A stretch of 24,000 nt of DNA from Bacillota bacterium (GTDB taxonomy: Bacteria; Bacillota; UBA4882; UBA8346): NCBI GenBank assembly GCA_023435225.1, contig JAEYRX010000076.1, forward strand, positions 1 to 24,000, given 5' to 3'. The translations under genes and the position numbers were made by a program. Shown piece after piece: positions 18,629 through 24,000 of this stretch. Positions within the stretch are counted from its first letter, which is position 1, and the number at the start of each line of letters is the position of its first letter. The notes under the pieces are model-generated. The model had not been told where the DNA came from, ran no database searches, and saw only the letters and a program-made list of their open reading frames with translations.

Positions 18629-18744
18629 TAAGGGAGTTCTATAATTACCTTTATTCAATTTTTAATCAATATATAGTGATAATCCCGAATGTAGCTATCA
18701 ATATTGTGTTCAAAGTCAATTTTATTAATTATGAAAATCCCTCA
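18629..18744. repeat. Copy A of a ~120-nt nested-palindrome intergenic element
   Basis: Hand alignment to 22726-22845 gives 99 identical positions over 120 columns. Terminal inverted repeats are TAAGGGAGTTCTATAATTA / TAATTATGAAAATCCCTCA. Lies 65 nt after the stop of the binding-protein gene at 18810. Confidence 0.8.
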
Positions 18745-18809
18745 ATTATCAAACTTCCTTCAGAAAAAAGATTTGTCTACTCTATAATCAAGTGCTTAAA
18801 ATATTATTT

Positions 18810-19775
18810 TTATTGTTTTTTAAGAGGAAACAGTAATTTCTGAACGGATGGCTTATAATAGTTATTCATCGTTACTACTTCCACACCTGTATCTATTCGT
18901 TTAGCTATCTTTTTCCCATGCAAAGCATCGATACACACTTTCACCGCAGTATATCCCATATTATAAGGATTTTGGACCACCAATCCTTGTATTGTCCCAT
19001 TTTTAAGCATTTCAATCTCGGCCGAGGAAGCATCAAAAGCGACTATTTTAACCTTTCCAGCTAAACCACGGGCCTTAACGGCACGTGAAACACCAATAGC
19101 GCTTGGTTCATTAGCGGCAAAAATACCGTCCAAACCCGGATTGGCAGTCAAAATATTTTCCGTTACCGCCATTGCTTTAGCCACATCACTCTCAGAATAT
19201 TGAATTGCTACTAATTTAACATCAGGGAATTTACTAATAGCTATTTTAAAGCCTTTTTCACGTAATATGGAGGTAGAAGCGCCCGGAATATAAGGAATAC
19301 AAGCCACCTTTCCTTTTCCACCCATCAATTTAACTAAAACATTTCCGGCATCGATTGCGCCTTTCAAGTTATCAGTCGCCACTAAACTTAAGGTAGGATC
19401 GGGGTCCAATCCGGAATCAAGTGAAACAACCGGAATACCCTTATCAAGCGCTTTCTTAACCGGGGCATATAGCGCTTTGACATCACAAGCCGCCAGGGCA
19501 ATCGCATCAACCTTTTTATTGGTATAATCTTCAACAATTGATATCTGACCGGCTATATCAGTTTCCACCGCCGGTCCTTTCCAGATAATTTCGGCTCCAT
19601 ATTCCTTTCCGGCCGCATAAGCTCCTTCGCGTACTGTCAACCAAAAAGAACTGGCTAATGTTTTGGCGCAAACCAAAACAGTTGGTCTTTTGGGTGATTC
19701 GGCGGAAATTTGTGAGAAAAATATGATAATTCCTACTAATGAAACTACTTTAGTTTTTATATATTTCTTCATCAT
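18810..19775 (-). CDS. Sugar ABC transporter substrate-binding protein (RbsB-like, type 1 periplasmic binding fold)
   Basis: 321 aa. Signal peptide (KVVSLVGIIIFFSQISA/E) with no lipobox Cys. Family motifs VDAIALAA, IPVVSLDSG, GIFAANEPSAIGV, VVQNPYNMGY. Paralogue of 22922-23866. Confidence 0.9.
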   Translation of the reverse strand: MMKKYIKTKVVSLVGIIIFFSQISAESPKRPTVLVCAKTLASSFWLTVREGAYAAGKEYGAEIIWKGPAVETDIAGQISIVEDYTNKKVDAIALAACDVKALYAPVKKALDKGIPVVSLDSGLDPDPTLSLVATDNLKGAIDAGNVLVKLMGGKGKVACIPYIPGASTSILREKGFKIAISKFPDVKLVAIQYSESDVAKAMAVTENILTANPGLDGIFAANEPSAIGVSRAVKARGLAGKVKIVAFDASSAEIEMLKNGTIQGLVVQNPYNMGYTAVKVCIDALHGKKIAKRIDTGVEVVTMNNYYKPSVQKLLFPLKKQ

Positions 19776-19791
19776 AAATTCTCCCAGTTAC

Positions 19792-20763
19792 CTAAAACTT
19801 CACTATACGGCGCTGCCGATGTTGGTCCCAATAAACAGCCCCTACAATAACAACTCCGGCTAAAACTTGTTGCCAGAAAGCGGAAATATTTAATAAATTG
19901 GAACTATTTCGTAACAAACCCATCACTAATCCGCCGATAATCGCACTGATTACCGTACCGGTACCGCCGCGTAGCGAAGCTCCCCCCATAACACATACGG
20001 CAATTACTTCCAATTCGTAACCGATTCCGGCGGTTGGTTGACCAATATTTAAACGTGAGGCTAAAAGAATACCGGCAAATCCCGCCAGGAGTCCGGACAT
20101 TGTATAATAACCAATCAAATAATTATCGACATTTACTCCGGATAATAGGGTAGCCTGCGAATTACTTCCGATAGCATAGCTCAAACGTCCAAAACGCGTG
20201 TACCTTAAAATAAAGTATCCGATGACGGAAACCACAATCATCAAAAAAATGGGGACTGGAAATCCACCAAACAAGGTTCCCATTCCCCACCATGAAAAGG
20301 AATCTGTTAATCCTGATATAACAGCGCCATCACTAATAATTAGAGCCATACCGCGAGCTACCCCCATCATTCCTAAGGTAACAATAAACGGCGGTAATTT
20401 CCCTTTACTGATCAGAAAACCATTGATAAAACCACAACCGGCTCCCGCTAACATCCCTAAAATAATGCTCAATATTTCGGGAGTCCCCCGAACCATTAAA
20501 GTAGTCGTTATAATTCCGCTTAACGCCAAAACAGAACCTACCGAGAGATCAATTCCCGAAGAAATAATAACAATCATCTCACCAATGGCCAAAATGACCG
20601 TCACTGCTATTTGAACACCTATAGCGCATAAATTATCCCAGGTTAAAAAATATGGTGAAAAAAAGGTCAATAGAGTAAAGATAATAAGTAGGGTGATCAA
20701 GGGAGTAAAACGATATGAATTTCTTTTTAAAAGAATTTTAGTTGAATCTTCAAAACCAGTCAT
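19792..20763 (-). CDS. Sugar ABC transporter permease (RbsC-like, CUT2 family)
   Basis: 323 aa, highly hydrophobic. RbsC-type motif SSGIDLSVGSVLALSG. Lies 16 nt upstream of the binding-protein gene. No ATPase gene lies between it and the MCP gene. Confidence 0.9.
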   Translation of the reverse strand: MTGFEDSTKILLKRNSYRFTPLITLLIIFTLLTFFSPYFLTWDNLCAIGVQIAVTVILAIGEMIVIISSGIDLSVGSVLALSGIITTTLMVRGTPEILSIILGMLAGAGCGFINGFLISKGKLPPFIVTLGMMGVARGMALIISDGAVISGLTDSFSWWGMGTLFGGFPVPIFLMIVVSVIGYFILRYTRFGRLSYAIGSNSQATLLSGVNVDNYLIGYYTMSGLLAGFAGILLASRLNIGQPTAGIGYELEVIAVCVMGGASLRGGTGTVISAIIGGLVMGLLRNSSNLLNISAFWQQVLAGVVIVGAVYWDQHRQRRIVKF

Positions 20764-20800
20764 TGGTATTCTTTCACTTCCCCAAAGTTCATCTATGTTT

Positions 20801-20828
20801 ATTATATAGCATTAACGAAATATATCAA
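20801..20828 (-). promoter_or_regulatory. Sigma-A-type promoter for the permease/binding-protein (and possibly downstream lacI-fuc) genes
   Basis: The minus strand reads TTGATA (20828-20823), 16 nt, TATAAT (20806-20801). The -10 is perfect and the -35 matches 5/6. Lies about 40 nt upstream of the permease ATG. Confidence 0.6.
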
Positions 20829-20938
20829 ATATCAATCCCATCCAAGTAAACGAAGTACTCAAAAAATCGATATTGATTAATATGACTTAACTGCAAAAGA
20901 TTATTGAAGTGGAAAAATGAAATATTAACTAAAACAAT

Positions 20939-22666
20939 TTAAACCTTGAATATTTTGGCGGCAAGTTTCATCTCATTGGAAATCTGAAGTAAATTTTCTG
21001 CAAGAGTTGTTACTTCTTGCGCCGCAGCACTCTGTTCTTCAGCCGAAGCGGAAATCTCTTCAGTGCTGGCCATGCTTTCTTCACTTATAGCTGCAATATT
21101 AGCGACAGCGCTGATTACTTTTTCATTATCCAGACCCATTTCCGTAGCTGCCTTTGCTACATTACCAATTTGCGCTAAAACCATTTTTAGTTCATTAAAA
21201 ATACCTTCAAAAGTTACAGCTGCTTTACCCGCTAAATTCTTGCTCCCCTCGACCCTGGCAACTCCATTTTCCATTAATTGAACTGCTTGTTCAGCCCGTT
21301 CTCTCATTTGCACGGTAAGTCCATCTATTTTATAGGCGGCTTCCCGGCTTCGCTCGGACAGTTTTCCAACCGCAGTAGCTACCACACTAAATCCTTTACC
21401 TTGTTCGCCGGCTCGAGCGGCTTCAATTGATGCATTAAGCGACAGCAGGGAAGTTTCATCCGTAATTCCCCTTATTTCCGAAGAAATATCAGCAATTAAT
21501 TTTGTGGCTTCATCAAGCTCTTTGATAACATCTCCAATCTCTTTGGTTGCCAAATAAATTTGATTGATTTCATTGGCAACATCATAAGTGAGTTTTTGTC
21601 CGTTTTGCGCTGAAAGTGCCACGTGTTCCGAAGAACTTGCAATGTTTAGAGTTTTTCCTGATACTTCACGAACTATGGTTCCAAGCTTTTCCACGGTGTT
21701 AGCCGTTTGAGTTACTTGGTCCGTTTGGTTTGAAGCGGCACATGCCAATTCTTGCATTGCTTTGGCCACTTCTTCTGTCGTATCACCGGAATTTTTAGCG
21801 GCAATCTTCAAATTCTCACTAGCCGCAGCAATTTGGTCAGACTCATAATTCAAATTGCCAATAAGCCGGCGCAAACTTTCTAATGATGCATTTAATTCAT
21901 TAACTACCTCAAAAGATTCCCGGCAACCAAAGGAGTTAATTTTTTGGGTAAAATCACCAATAGCCATTGCGCGCCCCGCCTTAATAATCGCTTGCAATGG
22001 CCAAGATACAGAAAAATTAATAAATATTCCTATTATAACAGCAATAACGGTACCGCATACCAGTAAAAGTATTACTCTGTATCTTTGGTTTTGAGCGGCA
22101 TTTTTACTATCAGTTGAAGTATTATATGAATTTTCTTGAACTTGTGATTGTATGTTACCAATATCTTTAATTGCTTGAAATAAAGCGGACTCACATTCAA
22201 GAAAGTTTTCTTTAGTATCTGCAGCATAAGCTAATGTTTTCAATTTTTCTACAGTTTCAATAAGGTCTTTCGCCGGATCCGAAACTAACTCGGCTATTCT
22301 ACTATTAGACGAGGTAGTTTTGGTAATTTGCTTTATATTTTCTAAATTTTTCTCAATTGAGCTGAAAGTATAATCTAAAGAACTGCTATCCGCCAGTTGG
22401 GATAAACGTTTCAAATAGTTTTCCCGAATAAAAAGTAAATCGGATTTTAAGGCATCAATGTCGTTTCTAAATTGCACTGCCGAAAAAAACATTTTTTGAT
22501 TTACTATTTGTTGCAAATTAATGTATGATAATATCATATAGCCCTGTATTGCCGTAAAAGCGACCATAACCGCAATAATACTTAATACTAAATGAAAAAC
22601 CCGTACTTTTTTAATAAATGGATGAGATAAAAGCAGTATTATCACTTTCTTGACGTAATTTTTCAT
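20939..22666 (-). CDS. Methyl-accepting chemotaxis protein (two TM segments, ~145-aa helical periplasmic sensor, HAMP, MA domain)
   Basis: 575 aa. TM1 VFHLVLSIIAVMVAFTAIQGYMIL, TM2 VILLLVCGTVIAVIIGIFINF, HAMP WPLQAIIKAGRAMAIGDFTQKI. Invariant signalling hairpin LLSLNASIEAARAGEQGKGFSVVATAVGKLSERS. Confidence 0.93.
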   Translation of the reverse strand: MKNYVKKVIILLLSHPFIKKVRVFHLVLSIIAVMVAFTAIQGYMILSYINLQQIVNQKMFFSAVQFRNDIDALKSDLLFIRENYLKRLSQLADSSSLDYTFSSIEKNLENIKQITKTTSSNSRIAELVSDPAKDLIETVEKLKTLAYAADTKENFLECESALFQAIKDIGNIQSQVQENSYNTSTDSKNAAQNQRYRVILLLVCGTVIAVIIGIFINFSVSWPLQAIIKAGRAMAIGDFTQKINSFGCRESFEVVNELNASLESLRRLIGNLNYESDQIAAASENLKIAAKNSGDTTEEVAKAMQELACAASNQTDQVTQTANTVEKLGTIVREVSGKTLNIASSSEHVALSAQNGQKLTYDVANEINQIYLATKEIGDVIKELDEATKLIADISSEIRGITDETSLLSLNASIEAARAGEQGKGFSVVATAVGKLSERSREAAYKIDGLTVQMRERAEQAVQLMENGVARVEGSKNLAGKAAVTFEGIFNELKMVLAQIGNVAKAATEMGLDNEKVISAVANIAAISEESMASTEEISASAEEQSAAAQEVTTLAENLLQISNEMKLAAKIFKV

Positions 22667-22725
22667 GTTAACTCACTCCATAATAATCTCTAAATTGTTA
22701 TGCAAAGAATCAGGGTTTTTTAAGA

Positions 22726-22845
22726 TAAGGGAGTTTCATAATTACCTTTATTTAGTTTTGGATACAATATATAGTGAGAAACCTAGATGTGACTATCAAT
22801 ATATTGTATCCAAATGTCAAATTTTTTAATTATGAAAATCCCTCA
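22726..22845. repeat. Copy B of the ~120-nt nested-palindrome intergenic element
   Basis: Outer arms are TAAGGGAGTTTCATAATTA (22726-22744) and TAATTATGAAAATCCCTCA (22827-22845), complementary at 17 of 19 positions. Perfect inner 16-bp arms are TTTGGATACAATATAT (22757-22772) and ATATATTGTATCCAAA (22799-22814). There are 12-nt internal loops on both sides and a 26-nt apical loop. Confidence 0.85.
22792..22820 (-). promoter_or_regulatory. Candidate sigma-A-type promoter for the MCP gene, embedded in element copy B
   Basis: The minus strand reads ATTAAAAAAT TTGACA (22820-22815), 17 nt, GATAGT (22797-22792). It is downstream of the terminator at 22871-22908, so the MCP gene needs its own promoter. 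Predicted leader is about 120 nt. Confidence 0.45.
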
Positions 22846-22870
22846 GATAATTAAAACAGTAAAATAATTC

Positions 22871-22908
22871 CAAAAAATTAAAGGTCTGCCGATAATTGGC
22901 AGACCTTT
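22871..22908 (-). terminator. Rho-independent terminator after the binding-protein gene
   Basis: Perfect 11-bp stem AAAGGTCTGCC / GGCAGACCTTT (22880-22890 / 22898-22908) with a 7-nt loop. On the minus strand it is followed by AATTTTTTGG. It starts 14 nt after the stop at 22922. Confidence 0.8.
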
Positions 22909-22921
22909 GTAGATAAATTTT

Positions 22922-23866
22922 TTATTTGTTTCCTAATGCTTTTTGGGCTTCATCAGTCTTAATATTTTTGGTGGTTACAGCAAATACTCCGGTATCGATG
23001 AATTCTTCAATCTTTTTACCATTGATTTTATCCCAAGCGGCTTTAACGCCAAGATATCCCATGTTATAAGGGCTTTGAACCATAATCGCCTGGTAAACTC
23101 CTTTAGCTGTATAGTCTTGGAGAATAGGAGCGCCATCAAAACCTACTGCTACAATTTTACCGGCTTTACCTGCTTGTTCAATAGCTTTGCCTACGCCGAT
23201 TGCAGTTGGTTCATTAGCGGCAAAAACAGCTTTTAAATCCGGATTGGCGGCTAATACATCGGTCATTTGATTTAAGGCTTTGGCGGAATCAGCATCAGAA
23301 TAGTACGGTCCAACGATTTTCATCTTGGTTTTGGCTTTGATTTCATCGGTAAAACCTTTGGCCCGGTCTACACAACTTCCAGCGCCGGCGACATAGAGCA
23401 TCAAAGCAACTTTTCCTTTTTTACCAGCTCGTTTAATTAACTCTTGAGCTGCTTTTTTACCGGCAGCTACGTTATTAGTAGTTAAAAAGGAGTCACATTT
23501 AGTATTAAGAGCGGAATCTATACCGATCAAGGCGATGCCGGACGATTTGGCTTTTTCAGCCACTTTAACTAAAGCATTGGGATCGCAAGGGGCAAGCACG
23601 ATACCTTTTACCTGGCGATTAATAGCGTTTTCAACCATGGATACTTGATTGTTGATGTCGGTTTCTTGAGCCGGTCCATCATAGGTAATTTTAATGCCGA
23701 GTTCTTTAGCAGCTGCTTGGGCGCCTTTATTAACTACTTGCCAATAGGATGAATTGTTGGTTTTAACGATAACTGCGACATCTTCAGCGGCGGCAAAAAT
23801 GTTCCCAAGCGTTAAACTTAAAACAAATACAACAGCCATCAGAAAGAAGAGATTTCTTTTAAACAT
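22922..23866 (-). CDS. Sugar ABC transporter substrate-binding protein (RbsB-like, type 1 periplasmic binding fold)
   Basis: 314 aa. Signal peptide (FFLMAVVFVLSLTLGNIFAA/AE) with no lipobox Cys. Motifs VKGIVLAP, IALIGIDSA, AVFAANEPTAIGV, MVQSPYNMGY. SD GAGGGGG lies 7 nt before the ATG. Confidence 0.9.
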   Translation of the reverse strand: MFKRNLFFLMAVVFVLSLTLGNIFAAAEDVAVIVKTNNSSYWQVVNKGAQAAAKELGIKITYDGPAQETDINNQVSMVENAINRQVKGIVLAPCDPNALVKVAEKAKSSGIALIGIDSALNTKCDSFLTTNNVAAGKKAAQELIKRAGKKGKVALMLYVAGAGSCVDRAKGFTDEIKAKTKMKIVGPYYSDADSAKALNQMTDVLAANPDLKAVFAANEPTAIGVGKAIEQAGKAGKIVAVGFDGAPILQDYTAKGVYQAIMVQSPYNMGYLGVKAAWDKINGKKIEEFIDTGVFAVTTKNIKTDEAQKALGNK

Positions 23867-23929
23867 TACATTTCCCCCTCAATTCAAATTCATATTTGTA
23901 AAACTTTAGTGCCAAAACTAAACTATTTT

Positions 23930-24000
23930 TTAAGCTTTTCTGTTTCGGAGCTGATCAATATAGACCGCACCGATGATAACACCTCCTATTGTCATTTGTT
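23930..24000 (-). CDS. 3' end of an RbsC-like ABC permease gene (partial, runs off the window)
   Basis: The reverse frame reads QMTIGGVIIGAVYIDQLRNRKA-stop. This parallels the C-terminus of the permease at 19792-20763 (QVLAGVVIVGAVYWDQHRQRRIVKF). Confidence 0.7.
   Translation of the reverse strand, partial: QMTIGGVIIGAVYIDQLRNRKA

Noticed and set aside
18621-18752. Target-site duplications flanking the ~120-nt element copies (TTAT around copy A, AGAT around copy B)
   Set aside because: The short matches are offset by 1 nt relative to the repeat ends, differ between the copies, and are expected by chance in AT-rich DNA. They cannot be used to claim transposition.
18616-18843. 75-aa plus-strand ORF (MPILLREFYNYLYS...) covering element copy A
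   Set aside because: It has low-complexity AT-driven composition and no SD. The homologous frame in copy B hits a stop almost immediately (AAG GGA GTT TCA TAA), so the conservation is not protein-coding.
20865-20878. AATCGATATTGATT near-palindrome followed by a T-run (minus strand) as the MCP terminator
   Set aside because: Only 4 bp of uninterrupted stem can form, all weak pairs apart from a single C-G. This is insufficient for an intrinsic terminator call.
22667-22725. Known riboswitch (for example c-di-GMP class I/II, which often precede MCP genes) in the MCP leader
   Set aside because: The leader is very AT-rich and shows none of the conserved GC-rich cores of those classes as I remember them. 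An Infernal/Rfam scan would be needed to exclude it formally.

Overview
This window comes from a saccharolytic bacterium; I cannot assign a taxon from the sequence alone. Almost everything after 5.5 kb is on the minus strand, and there are two functional blocks.

(1) Bases 1-12.7 kb are a beta-glucan utilisation locus. On the plus strand are two CUT1-type ABC permeases and a YesM/YesN-type sensor kinase with an AraC-type response regulator. These converge on a minus-strand set: three signal-peptide-bearing glycosidases (GH16 lichenase, GH16 laminarinase, GH116 beta-glucosidase) and a cytoplasmic 991-aa GH94-clan glycan phosphorylase.

(2) Bases 12.8-24 kb hold an L-fucose-type catabolic set (a tandem class II aldolase, FucI, a RhaB-like FGGY kinase) behind a LacI-family regulator. 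Upstream of these on the minus strand are two paralogous RbsC/RbsB-like permease plus binding-protein modules that sandwich a methyl-accepting chemotaxis protein.

Non-coding points of interest:
- A ~120-nt nested-palindrome element occurs twice (18629-18744 and 22726-22845). Each copy lies just 3' of a binding-protein gene, and the element is far better conserved than those paralogous genes. One copy carries a plausible promoter for the MCP gene.
- A 115-bp MITE-like insertion (13-bp perfect terminal inverted repeats, 10-bp flanking direct repeats) abuts the ribosome-binding site of the GH116 gene.
- Twin 14-bp boxes TGAAACCCCTTTCA lie upstream of the LacI gene.

I saw no rRNA, tRNA, CRISPR array, transposase or integrase gene. 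All calls rest on motif recognition and hand alignment; no database search was possible.
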